From the IMG/VR virus record IMGVR_UViG_3300044840_000111, positions 1 to 46,182 of that record: a stretch of DNA of 46,182 bases, one strand, 5' to 3'. The DNA comes from a virus (lineage: Duplodnaviria > Caudoviricetes). Shown here in pieces: positions 27,811-37,000 of this stretch; within the stretch, counting starts at the first letter, position 1; every line of letters begins with the position of its first letter. Below the pieces are notes generated by a model. It saw only the letters and a list, made by a program, of their open reading frames with translations, was not told the DNA's origin and did not search any database. The translations under genes and the position numbers were made by a program.

Positions 27811-29757
27811 ATGGCACTACTCAACCTCTCACCGGAAGAACAGAAGGCACGCTCGAAGGTTTATACCCGTCTTGAGCGGATGCGCGAGCTAAAGAACAAG
27901 AAATTCCCGCACTTCTCGAATCAGTATGGCGAACGCTCCTTCACCGAATACATCGACGACTCCGAACGCATATTGAACGGCTACACGCTTAGCCGCGAAG
28001 CACAGGGAAAGGAAGATTGGCAGAGCAACATGCTCGACAACCTCGCGCGCGCTAAACTACGCGGCATCGTCGCCGGCATCGGCACCAAAGTCCCAGACAT
28101 GCGCTTCCAAGCCGTAGACGACAATGGAGTTCAGTCGTCGGTCCGCGCGGAGATCTTCAAGCACATCACAAAACAAACCTTTCTCGACGGCAATCCGGTC
28201 CTCCATAACTTCCTTGAGACCTGGACGCTTCTCTCACATGGTTTTGTTGCCGAATACGAAGGCTACAAGACCGGCGGTGCCAAGGTTCGTTGCGTCGAAA
28301 GTTTCGACTCACGCACCGGAGCCGTCACTGAGACAACCAAATACGTTGAAGGAGAAGCCAAGCCGTTTTCCACCATCCTCAATCCGCAGGAGTTCTATTG
28401 GTGGGATATGTTCATCCGAGATATTCAGGAACAGCCGCACCTCGCATGGGTGCAGCACTACACGAAGAAGGAGCTTGAGTTCGAGTTCTCCAAATTCCCC
28501 AATTACAAATTCCTGAAAGATAAAAAACAGGCAGGTCAATTCGGCGCACAGCAAGAGACACTGTACTACACCGAATGGAGCAGCCGCGTTGACTCTCAGG
28601 ACGACTACGAAGTCATCCGCTTCTACTCTCTCGAAGATGACGCATACGAAATCTGGGTGAACGGCATTCCTCTTCTTCGCGCTCCGATGCTCTGGGGCTA
28701 CGACGAAAAATACTATCCTTTCGCCACCGCGATCTGCGAACCCTTCGCTAATACCAACTTCGCCGTAGGCATGTCGCTCGCCGGCATTCTTGAAGCGTAT
28801 CAAGACAGCAAGAACACCATCATCAATACGATGATCGACAAGCTGTATCGTTCAATGGAAGTGCCATTGCTCGTCGGCCTTCAGAACAAGGATTTGCTCG
28901 ACTTCGAGAGCGAGTTCGTGAGCCAGGACAATCGCTACTACGTCCCCGACGTGAACGCCGTAAAGCCCATGCCCATCGCAGGGGTCAATCAGGGCGAGCT
29001 TGCGATGCTCCAAATCATCGACCGCGGCATCGAGAGCCTTTCCATCGATCGCTCACAGCAAGGACTTCAACCGAACGTCCAACGCACCGCCCGTGATGCA
29101 GTTATAGCCGACCGGAACGCTCAACAGCTGAAGACCATGCTCTACCTCTTTCAAGAGGACTTGTGGCTACAAAAAACCCGGCTGAGGACCAAGAACATCC
29201 TCACCCACTTCATCAAGGATGTGGCCGCCCGCAAAACGCTCAAGGACAACATCATTACCGTCAACGACTACTCTTTCGTCAATGGTGAGCGAGGAACACT
29301 CGATATCCATATCGCTAAAAACCGCGCCGCTCTTCTTCCCGAAGCCGAGATCATGGCCCGTGAGCAAGCAGCAGAACAGCAAGGCCAAACCTACAAGCTC
29401 ATCTCCATCCTTCAGACGTACATGGACGACTGGGACCTCGACTTCCAGATTATCCCGGAATCGTTCCACCAAGAAGACAAAACGGCCCAAGAAGAAGCGT
29501 TTAAGGAAGAGGTACAGATCGTTACTACACTCTTTCCTGAATTCTTTGTCGCCAACAAAGACAAATATCTTTCACAGGCTCTAAAACTGTTCGGCAAGCA
29601 CCCTGACGAATTCAACGCCCCGGCTCAGTTGCCGCCCCAACTAGGAGCGCCACAAGACCCGAACGCTCCTGCAGCGCAATCACAGCCCGCGCCAACACAA
29701 CAGCCGCAGCCAACCGCTCAACCCGACACGGTCCAATCCCTCCTGGGGCTTCAATGA
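27811..29757 (+). CDS. Portal protein (P22-like, with Pro/Gln tail)
   Basis: 648 aa; YYPF, G.SL...L..YQD..N...N..ID, QG......TA motifs; TATAAT at 27794. Confidence 0.82.
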   Translation: MALLNLSPEEQKARSKVYTRLERMRELKNKKFPHFSNQYGERSFTEYIDDSERILNGYTLSREAQGKEDWQSNMLDNLARAKLRGIVAGIGTKVPDMRFQAVDDNGVQSSVRAEIFKHITKQTFLDGNPVLHNFLETWTLLSHGFVAEYEGYKTGGAKVRCVESFDSRTGAVTETTKYVEGEAKPFSTILNPQEFYWWDMFIRDIQEQPHLAWVQHYTKKELEFEFSKFPNYKFLKDKKQAGQFGAQQETLYYTEWSSRVDSQDDYEVIRFYSLEDDAYEIWVNGIPLLRAPMLWGYDEKYYPFATAICEPFANTNFAVGMSLAGILEAYQDSKNTIINTMIDKLYRSMEVPLLVGLQNKDLLDFESEFVSQDNRYYVPDVNAVKPMPIAGVNQGELAMLQIIDRGIESLSIDRSQQGLQPNVQRTARDAVIADRNAQQLKTMLYLFQEDLWLQKTRLRTKNILTHFIKDVAARKTLKDNIITVNDYSFVNGERGTLDIHIAKNRAALLPEAEIMAREQAAEQQGQTYKLISILQTYMDDWDLDFQIIPESFHQEDKTAQEEAFKEEVQIVTTLFPEFFVANKDKYLSQALKLFGKHPDEFNAPAQLPPQLGAPQDPNAPAAQSQPAPTQQPQPTAQPDTVQSLLGLQ

Positions 29758-29760
29758 TGT

Positions 29761-30603
29761 ATGGCTGACCCACGGATGCAAATACTTGTGCGCTCATTCA
29801 AAGAATTGGGTGAGTTCGTTGGTAGAAAATTTGAAGACCTGACGACAAAAATTGCCAATATCCCAACTTACGACGATTCCCGCTCAGTTGCCGCCATCCA
29901 CGAGCTTGCCGCTCAAATCGAAAACTTCCACACGATCATTTCAACCACCCCACCCGACCTAACGCCAGTCACAGAAGCAATTACCGCGTTATCGTCCCAA
30001 TTTGTTCCGCCACCGGCACCGGAGAGCTTGCTCCCGCAGCTTAAAACAATCGCGGATGCCATCCAGGCAATCGACGTTCAACCTATTATTCAGCCCGTTG
30101 ACCTAAAACCTCTCACAAAAGCGATCAAATCTCTTGAGAGCAAAGTACAACAACCTGAGCCGGTTGACCTCAGCCCTGTTACCGAGGCAATCCGCGCACT
30201 TTCAAAGAAATTGGACAAGCCGAGCACCATCAGGCTCGACGAGATGCAACTTCGCGCACTATCAAATAGCGGAGGTGGAACGAATGGCGGTCAACTCGCC
30301 GCACGGAAAATAACAGTTAAAAATCTGGCCCTTACGGCCACCGACACTCAGTACTCATACACATTCCCCGCAAACACCGTCGCGTGGACCATCAAGCTAC
30401 GAGACCAAGGCACACTTGGGTACTACTCCTTCAGCACTGGGACTCTCCCCTTGGCCGGCGGAGGAGGAGATGGATCGCTCTATATCACTCTTCCCCAGAA
30501 TTACTTACACTCACAAGATGGCGTCGATTGGAGTGGTAAAATTATTTACATGGGCGCCGAGAGTGCGTCTCAGGTCGCCGAGATAATTTCCTATCAATTA
30601 TGA
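29761..30603 (+). CDS. Virion-associated protein with DL.P.T.AI repeats
   Basis: PDLTPVTEAI, VDLKPLTKAI and VDLSPVTEAI repeats; beta-rich C-terminus. Confidence 0.7.
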   Translation: MADPRMQILVRSFKELGEFVGRKFEDLTTKIANIPTYDDSRSVAAIHELAAQIENFHTIISTTPPDLTPVTEAITALSSQFVPPPAPESLLPQLKTIADAIQAIDVQPIIQPVDLKPLTKAIKSLESKVQQPEPVDLSPVTEAIRALSKKLDKPSTIRLDEMQLRALSNSGGGTNGGQLAARKITVKNLALTATDTQYSYTFPANTVAWTIKLRDQGTLGYYSFSTGTLPLAGGGGDGSLYITLPQNYLHSQDGVDWSGKIIYMGAESASQVAEIISYQL

Positions 30604-32651
30604 AACGCTTCTTTCGTGGAACATTATTAGTCGCCTTCGCGCTCGCCCTTTTCTTCTGCTCCTACGTTGTCACCAACGCACCTCAATTGCTTTTCGGTCA
30701 GCAGGCATCCTTCATCGTTCTTACCGGAAGCGGCGATAAATACATCAAGCCAGTAGGCAGCCTATGGGGACTTCAGTGGCCTGGTCTCGCCACTTCTACA
30801 ACCGGCTGTCTGTCAGTCCGAACTGGCGGATGGATCTTCCCGTCAGGTTCACCATGCGGTTCAGGCAGCGGAACCGTCACTTCCGTGGCGATGACTGTCC
30901 CCACAGGATTGACCATCGCAGGATCACCGATAACAGGAGCAGGCACGCTCGCCGTATCCTTCACGTCCGGGTACAGCATCCCTAAGACCGCCTCGACAAC
31001 GAATTGGAATACGTTTTACGATACGCCGAGCGGCCGCATCACTCCCGGCACCAACCTCTCGTGGTCCGGTAATACGCTCAATGGAGCCGCAGATTCGCAC
31101 TATCTCGGTCTCTTTTCGGGGACATATCCCATCACTTTCGACTCCGGCACGGGCGCGATTGGTACAGCCCTCGCATCGACTACCCTCAAACAATCCTACG
31201 GGACCGCTCAGATCGGCGCACTCACCATCGCCACGTCGTCCGATACGAATATCCAGCTCAACGTCACCAACTCATCTGGCACTTTTACTTTTAATCCGGT
31301 GTTTACCGGAACGCTTGCGGACTCCCGTATTGCCTCCGCTGCGACATGGAACGCCAAAGAAAGCGCGCTCACCTTCTCGTTCCCGCTCATCCGCACGACC
31401 AACGCCATCTCTTTCGGCGGCCTCTCGACAACCACAAACCTAACGACCGGAGCCATACCATATGTCACTGGCGTGAACACCTTCGGCCAAGTGGCAACGA
31501 CAACGCTCACCGCATCGTCCCCACTCTCGCTATCTAATCCCATTGTAGTGATCGGAGCCTCACCATCGGCGCTCACTCTTTCGACGGCAGGAACTTGGTC
31601 GGGCCTCGCAGGGACTGCGACCGCTCTCGCGGCCAACGGCGCGAACTGCGTCGGGCAATTCCCGCTCGGAGTGGACGCCTCGGGTGCGGTTGAGACGTGT
31701 ACATCGGCCGTGCTCTCCCTCACTCAAAACGGCGGCGGCACGGCGCAGACCGGAGCAATCACCTTCGGCACCACGACCAACACAACAAACGGTGTTACCT
31801 CGAAATTGAATATCATCAACTCTGGCGGCACATTCACCTTCGGGTCCGATCAATCGGGTACGCTCACGGTCGCGGGAGGCGGCACCGGTGCAACCTCGCT
31901 CACCGGGCTCCTCCAGGGCAACGGCACCTCGGCCTTCACCGCGGTGACGGGTACGGCCGGCCAGTTCCCGTACTACAACGGCACCAACACGCTGCTTGCG
32001 ACCTCGACCCTCTTCCTCTCGGCCGCCGACAACGTTGGTATAGGTACGACGACCCCGTGGGCGAAGTTCTCGATCGATACATCGAACCTCGCTGCGAATC
32101 TGCCAGAGTTCGCTATCGGCTCATCGGCCCGTACCGATCTCTTGGTCAATCAGGCGGGTAAGTTCGCTTTCGGAGCGTCATCGTTCCCCATGACTGAATC
32201 GTACCAATTCACCTTTACCGACTCAGGTGGTACGCAGACGGGTTTGGGGATACGGAATCTCAGCAGCGTCGGATTTTCCGGCATGGAATATTACGACCAG
32301 GATGCGTCCCTTGGTGTGTTCATGGGCTTCCGCAATTCGACGCACGAGATGCGCCTTAACAACGTAGCAACTACCCCATCGTTCAATTTCCTGCTCAGCA
32401 GCGCCAGCCGATTCTACATCGCAAGCAACAACAGCGTAGCGGTTGGAAGCACGACGCCGGTCGCCACTTTCCAAGTTACTTCCAGTGACGCCAACGCAAC
32501 GACCTCACTCCAACTCGGCAAACCCGGCCAGAACAAGGGCACGTGCCTCACCTACTACGACACCGCCGGCACGCCCGTGTACGGTTTCATCGCCGCTGGC
32601 GCGACCGCCTTCACCTACACCGCAACCAAACCGTCAGGTTGTCAAAATTGA
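30600..32651 (+). CDS. Tail fibre / adhesin-like protein with signal peptide
   Basis: GSGTVTSV, GGTGAT and NVGIGTTTP motifs; Thr/Gly-rich; hydrophobic N-terminus. Confidence 0.75.
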   Translation: MKRFFRGTLLVAFALALFFCSYVVTNAPQLLFGQQASFIVLTGSGDKYIKPVGSLWGLQWPGLATSTTGCLSVRTGGWIFPSGSPCGSGSGTVTSVAMTVPTGLTIAGSPITGAGTLAVSFTSGYSIPKTASTTNWNTFYDTPSGRITPGTNLSWSGNTLNGAADSHYLGLFSGTYPITFDSGTGAIGTALASTTLKQSYGTAQIGALTIATSSDTNIQLNVTNSSGTFTFNPVFTGTLADSRIASAATWNAKESALTFSFPLIRTTNAISFGGLSTTTNLTTGAIPYVTGVNTFGQVATTTLTASSPLSLSNPIVVIGASPSALTLSTAGTWSGLAGTATALAANGANCVGQFPLGVDASGAVETCTSAVLSLTQNGGGTAQTGAITFGTTTNTTNGVTSKLNIINSGGTFTFGSDQSGTLTVAGGGTGATSLTGLLQGNGTSAFTAVTGTAGQFPYYNGTNTLLATSTLFLSAADNVGIGTTTPWAKFSIDTSNLAANLPEFAIGSSARTDLLVNQAGKFAFGASSFPMTESYQFTFTDSGGTQTGLGIRNLSSVGFSGMEYYDQDASLGVFMGFRNSTHEMRLNNVATTPSFNFLLSSASRFYIASNNSVAVGSTTPVATFQVTSSDANATTSLQLGKPGQNKGTCLTYYDTAGTPVYGFIAAGATAFTYTATKPSGCQN

Positions 32652-32652
32652 T

Positions 32653-33042
32653 ATGTCCGATGAAGCCATAAAATCAGAAGCGGCATCCGCAGAGGCGGTA
32701 AACGCCGCGGCGAACGCTGCCGAAGCAGTAGAGCGATCGCGTGAAGCTCAAATAATGACCGCCGTTGACAAATCCATCGCCAAGTTCTTCGACAGAGGCG
32801 TCCACGAAAAGAAATTCATCGACGTAGGGCGCATACCCTTCATTTGCGACGACATCAGCGGCATCCACCAGACGCTCAAAATTATCGACGAAAAGGCTGT
32901 TACCAAACAGGACATTATCGTCTTGCAGGGGACCGTAACCTTGCTTCGCAATATTGTCTTCGGATTTGTAACCTTAGTCCTTCTCGGGGCCGCAAGCGTT
33001 GTCTGGATGGCCGTTGCAGCGTTTTTGAGCATGCCCAAATGA
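32653..33042 (+). CDS. Membrane protein (C-terminal TM), lysis region
   Basis: T-ATG at 32653; KFIDV.RIP.IC.DI motif; C-terminal TM. Confidence 0.7.
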   Translation: MSDEAIKSEAASAEAVNAAANAAEAVERSREAQIMTAVDKSIAKFFDRGVHEKKFIDVGRIPFICDDISGIHQTLKIIDEKAVTKQDIIVLQGTVTLLRNIVFGFVTLVLLGAASVVWMAVAAFLSMPK

Positions 33043-33045
33043 CGT

Positions 33046-33381
33046 ATGGAATGGACCGTCGAAACCCTCAAAGAACATTTCGAGAAGATTCTCGAAGAGA
33101 AAGATCGCGCGCTGGCGGCTGCTCTCATCGCAGTCAAGGAAGAAAACAGAAAAACTGAAATCGCAGCCGAGAAACGCTTTGAGCTGCTAAACGAACTCCG
33201 CTCCGGTGTGGCCACGAAGGAACAGCTAGAAGCGCTCGAAAAGGTCGTCGATGATCTCAAGACCAGTCGCGACACCGGAGCAGGCAAAGGTCTCGGGCTC
33301 TCCCAAGGATGGTCCATACTCATCGGAGCCATCGGCGTTATCGCCACTGTCCTCTCCATCTTCTATGCTCTGTCCAAATAG
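33046..33381 (+). CDS. Coiled-coil protein with C-terminal TM, lysis region
   Basis: Heptad-rich sequence followed by WSILIGAIGVIATVLSIFY. Confidence 0.75.
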   Translation: MEWTVETLKEHFEKILEEKDRALAAALIAVKEENRKTEIAAEKRFELLNELRSGVATKEQLEALEKVVDDLKTSRDTGAGKGLGLSQGWSILIGAIGVIATVLSIFYALSK

Positions 33382-33417
33382 CTGATATAATTACTTCATA
33401 CAATTCACACCCCCTCT

Positions 33418-34332
33418 ATGCACTACGGATTAAACCTAGAAAAGGAGCGCGCAGAACAAGACGGCAGCGAATGGCTCTTCAGCGGCTTCTCACAACCGTC
33501 TCTTTTTTCCATCCCCCAAGACATACGAGACCAGTACCTCCCAACGGGCGAAGCACAGGCGACCAATCTTACAGACACCTACGGATGCGCCACACGCTCG
33601 CCCATCAACAAGCTCGCTCCTGATTTCACCTACGGTTACAAAAACAACCTGTTCAGCCCATCCAACCTAAAATTCCTCGAACAGTACATTGGCACCGACG
33701 GGAAGGTAGATTTTTCAGACCGCTTCATTGAAATACTGTCCGGCACAACGAAAGCAGGCAATTCGCTTAAGGCACCCCTTCAGGCAATCCGAGACTACGG
33801 CCTCATTCCGAAAACGATGTTCCCGCTCGATAAGAGCCTGTCATTCGAGGAGTACTACGATCGTTCAAAAATCACGCAACAGATGCGCGACCTCGGTCAA
33901 GAGTTCTCCCGCCGCTTCACCATTAACTACGAACAGGTGCAACAGGTCCATTTCGGCGACTTGATAAAGGATGACATGATTTGTGTCGGCGGCTATGCCT
34001 GGCCGGACCCATCGCCGAACGGCGAATATCCCCGCGTCTCCTATCCGATGAACCATGCCTTCCTTTTCTACAAGAGCCCGAGATATTACATCTTCGACAA
34101 TTACAATTATCAAGACCCCGAGCAGGACTGGATAAAAAAACTCGCTTCAAATTACGCTTTGTTCGACTACGGCTACCGCATTTTCATCAGCGCCCAGCTA
34201 CCCGAACCTGCAACGCCATCCGCTCCCGACATCACAACCCTCAAAACCCGCCTGCTTGCAGCCATGCAGCAGCTCGTAGCCCTCTTGCAGGACAAGCTGC
34301 GCAACCTCCAACAAATGAAAGGTCGAAATTAA
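33418..34332 (+). CDS. Papain-like cysteine peptidase (putative lysin)
   Basis: Q......GC (EAQATNLTDTYGC), DFSDRF, GNS, NHAF and IFDNY motifs; sits next to the holin. Confidence 0.65.
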   Translation: MHYGLNLEKERAEQDGSEWLFSGFSQPSLFSIPQDIRDQYLPTGEAQATNLTDTYGCATRSPINKLAPDFTYGYKNNLFSPSNLKFLEQYIGTDGKVDFSDRFIEILSGTTKAGNSLKAPLQAIRDYGLIPKTMFPLDKSLSFEEYYDRSKITQQMRDLGQEFSRRFTINYEQVQQVHFGDLIKDDMICVGGYAWPDPSPNGEYPRVSYPMNHAFLFYKSPRYYIFDNYNYQDPEQDWIKKLASNYALFDYGYRIFISAQLPEPATPSAPDITTLKTRLLAAMQQLVALLQDKLRNLQQMKGRN

Positions 34333-34353
34333 AAGACAATCATCAAACAACTT

Positions 34354-34632
34354 ATGACAGATACACCAGGACAACCATCAGGAATGTGGAAATTGAACGT
34401 CAACGATTTTGTAAAAGGAGCCGTAACAGCAGTCTTAGCAGCCGCAATATTCGCAATCGTAGGATTCTTTCAGCAGCCGGGCTTTGACATCTTCACCGCA
34501 GACTGGGGAGCAATCGGCGGCACAGCTCTGAACGCCGCAGTTGCGGCAATGGTCGGCTACCTCGCCAAGAATCTCATTACTGATAAACAAGGGGAAGTCG
34601 TCACCCCGGTCGGTAATATCGGCCACGCCTAA
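34354..34632 (+). CDS. Holin
   Basis: LN..DFVKG...AV; two TM segments; GYLAKN. Confidence 0.75.
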   Translation: MTDTPGQPSGMWKLNVNDFVKGAVTAVLAAAIFAIVGFFQQPGFDIFTADWGAIGGTALNAAVAAMVGYLAKNLITDKQGEVVTPVGNIGHA

Positions 34633-34633
34633 T

Positions 34634-34762
34634 ATGGGAACCAAGATACTTGCTGTCGGCCTGATATTGCTCGCCCTCGGAATGCTCGGACTAGGAATCC
34701 CCGCCATCGTGACCGGCATCCTGATCCTCATCGGTGCTATTGGGGTTCTTGTGGGCTACTAG
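34634..34762 (+). CDS. 42-aa membrane peptide
   Basis: T-ATG start 1 nt after the holin stop; entirely hydrophobic. Confidence 0.6.
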   Translation: MGTKILAVGLILLALGMLGLGIPAIVTGILILIGAIGVLVGY

Positions 34763-34880
34763 CCTCATCCCTCTCCAATTCTTTCGTCCAACAAGCGGGA
34801 CAATACGTTGACCCTTCCCATTCATAGAGTTGACCGCATTGATGACCACACGCTGCTCTGTAGCGCTGCTTCTCTGCCAT
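34737..34880 (-). CDS. Small zinc-finger-like protein (leaderless moron)
   Basis: C..QCG......YCPACW; TGTGATAAT 6 nt upstream of ATG 34880. Confidence 0.45.
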   Translation of the reverse strand: MAEKQRYRAACGHQCGQLYEWEGSTYCPACWTKELERDEASSPQEPQ

Positions 34881-34989
34881 GCCACCATTATCACACAGGA
34901 ACCTTGAAGCCTCACTAGAGGCCATGTGGAGTGATAAGAAATGGATACGGAAAGTCAGGCGCTTAATGAAACCCAAAACACCACTCAAA

Positions 34990-35466
34990 AAGACACGCAG
35001 GTAGCAAAAGCCCGCTTGGTTTCAATTAGGAGGGAAGCTATGTACTTGACGACAGTGCGGATTCAGCGGCCTTGCTACGCAGGACACGACTTGAACATCT
35101 TACAGCTTCAGAACGCGACGGATCTAGCTGCTAGTTTATTAAGCGGGCATGTCTTCGGGAGTGTGCGCTTCGAGGAGCCGCAGACCTAATGACGGGAATA
35201 AACAGAAGGAACTCTTGCACTGTGTCAATGAACGGAGCCGTTTTCTAAGCGGCTAAAACTGCTTTTTGAGATTGGCTGGGAGGGGACACCGAAGGGAGCG
35301 ACCCATCAGCGGCTATAGCGCATGTCCCCTCCAAACCAACCTCAATAACGACGAAGACCCCACTCTTACGAGCAGGGTCCTTTGTCGATGCCTCCTATTA
35401 CGGAGCGGGAAGAGCGGAAATTCCGCTGCTCTCGCACAGTGACAGTTCCGAAATAAACAGGCATAT
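34990..35466 (-). ncRNA. Candidate structured non-coding RNA
   Basis: Minus-strand promoter TGGTACATT (35471-35479); GAGA, GUAA and UUCG loops; 23-bp stem 35266-35288/35323-35345; 3' end uncertain. Confidence 0.45.
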
Positions 35467-35520
35467 CCACAATGTACCACGCCGCATGAAGCGGACGTGA
35501 AGCGAGTGGGGATAACCCCG

Positions 35521-35730
35521 CTACCTCTTCCTACGAGCGTGCTTCCATATCTGCCGAACGTCCTTCTCTATCTGTTCCATGGCCTTGTCCGCCGCGTGCC
35601 GTGTCATCTCTCCTATGCTCAATGCTTTTCCTTCCCCACCGAATATATGCGCCCCTAGCACCGATCCCGTCACCACTGCCCGTATCAGTTCCAGCTTCTT
35701 TTCCAGATACTTTTCGTCAGCATCCTCCAT
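35521..35730 (-). CDS. Hypothetical protein (leaderless moron)
   Basis: TGGTAGAAT exactly 6 nt upstream of the ATG. Confidence 0.6.
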   Translation of the reverse strand: MEDADEKYLEKKLELIRAVVTGSVLGAHIFGGEGKALSIGEMTRHAADKAMEQIEKDVRQIWKHARRKR

Positions 35731-35833
35731 CCCCCAATTCTACCATACGGCGGCGCGTCCCTCATGGGACCGCGTCCTCGTGAACCGAGCCCTCTGGTCT
35801 CGGCCTTCGGCTTCGGCCGCTCGCGCCAATTCC

Positions 35834-36022
35834 CTACCGCGTCTCGATCTTGCTTGACCCCGAGTCCGCTTTGATCAGCGCGAGTGCCTCATCGAGATCG
35901 TGTGCGCTCCCGACGCTGGTCCTACCTGGCCACCAGCTCGTCTTCTCTACCGCGAGCTTCCCATACCGCTCGACGACGTAATACTTGTTCCCACCGCTCG
36001 CGTATGCGCGTTCCTTAGCCAA
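35834..36022 (-). CDS. Hypothetical protein
   Basis: TTG start with strong GGAGGGG SD; globular-looking sequence. Confidence 0.6.
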   Translation of the reverse strand: MAKERAYASGGNKYYVVERYGKLAVEKTSWWPGRTSVGSAHDLDEALALIKADSGSSKIETR

Positions 36023-36171
36023 CGGCTTTCCCCTCCGGGGTACGAGGCCTAGCATCAGGCCTACCTACAGCTCTTGCTACTGCTACAATACCCTATTCAA
36101 TGCACCGCTCACCACGACTCCATATCTGGACTCTACATATTCCGCGCTAGAAAGCGCGTTTTACCTACATT

Positions 36172-36368
36172 TCCGCCACTTGTTCGCGTGCCTCAATCGG
36201 CACGACTAAATCATTTTCTAAATGGGAATTCTCTTCCCGCATCCGCGTGACCCCTGCCGGGGACGACTCCCATTTACCACTCACCCCCGTCGCTATCGCT
36301 CTGGAGGTTCGGGCCGAATATGATTTAGTCGTGCCGCCCGAGGGCGACAACGACGAACAAGTGGCGGA
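36172..36368. repeat. Nested perfect inverted repeats forming a rod of about 200 nt
   Basis: 15 bp (36172-36186/36354-36368), 17 bp (36198-36214/36320-36336) and 9 bp (36219-36227/36268-36276). Confidence 0.85.
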
Positions 36369-36388
36369 CCGTGCTACAATGAAGGCAT

Positions 36389-36733
36389 ATGTTCCCGTTG
36401 AAACGGGCAATCCACAAACGCCTACGACATGCCAAGAAGACCGCAAACTTCCGCACCCCCGGCCAGACCGTCACAGTAGAGCAGCTCTGGACCATCATCA
36501 GGGCACAGCGGTACCGCTGCCCCTACTGCCACTCCTTGGTCCACCGAGACTTCCATCTCGATCACATCAAGCCCCTTTCCCGTGGTGGCTCCAACAGCCC
36601 CGGCAATATTCAGTTCACATGTCCACGCTGCAATCTCACCAAATATACAGCCGACAGACCCTTTATTCCGTGTACCTACCCAGACTGGCCGGAAGCTCTT
36701 GTCGATCTCACAGCACCCGCTAAAGGATGGTAG
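36389..36733 (+). CDS. HNH endonuclease
   Basis: CPYC...HLDHIKPLSRGGSN...NIQ..C..CN..K; TGCTACAAT 8 nt upstream. Confidence 0.88.
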   Translation: MFPLKRAIHKRLRHAKKTANFRTPGQTVTVEQLWTIIRAQRYRCPYCHSLVHRDFHLDHIKPLSRGGSNSPGNIQFTCPRCNLTKYTADRPFIPCTYPDWPEALVDLTAPAKGW

Positions 36734-36778
36734 CGGCCACAGCCCGCCCCAGGCGTTTCACATGACACCTACAGCGCC

Positions 36779-36802
36779 ACAGTCGACAGTCGACAGTCGA
36801 CA
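36779..36802. repeat. Tandem repeat (ACAGTCG)x3+
   Basis: acagtcg acagtcg acagtcg aca. Confidence 0.85.
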
Positions 36803-36895
36803 ATCCACCTACGGCTCCTGACAGCTCCCTACGGGCTGTAGCGGCCACCGGGGATCGCCGGCTGCAGGGAGCATGAGGGACGGCCGGCACTCCTC

Positions 36896-37000
36896 CCAAG
36901 AACCGTCCGCCGTCTAGAAGGAGCATGCCTTGCGGGCTATTGAACGGAGTACCGTCCAATAGTCCTCGTCACGTCCTTTAGCCGTCCGGACGGTTCTTGG
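36896..37000. repeat. Long hairpin with 14-bp perfect closing stem
   Basis: CCAAGAACCGTCCG / CGGACGGTTCTTGG with internal stems. Confidence 0.75.

Noticed and set aside
21174-32651. Diversity-generating retroelement acting on tail genes
   Set aside because: No reverse transcriptase ORF; the tail repeats differ at synonymous positions rather than at adenines only
36247-36723. 158-aa ORF overlapping the HNH
   Set aside because: Pro/Arg-rich alternative frame spanning the inverted-repeat region and the real HNH
36389-36733. IscB/HEARO-type RNA-guided nuclease
   Set aside because: The ORF is a stand-alone 114-aa HNH with no PLMP or RuvC motifs
36730-36850. CRISPR mini-array
   Set aside because: Repeats are only 7-11 bp, with no regular spacers and no cas genes
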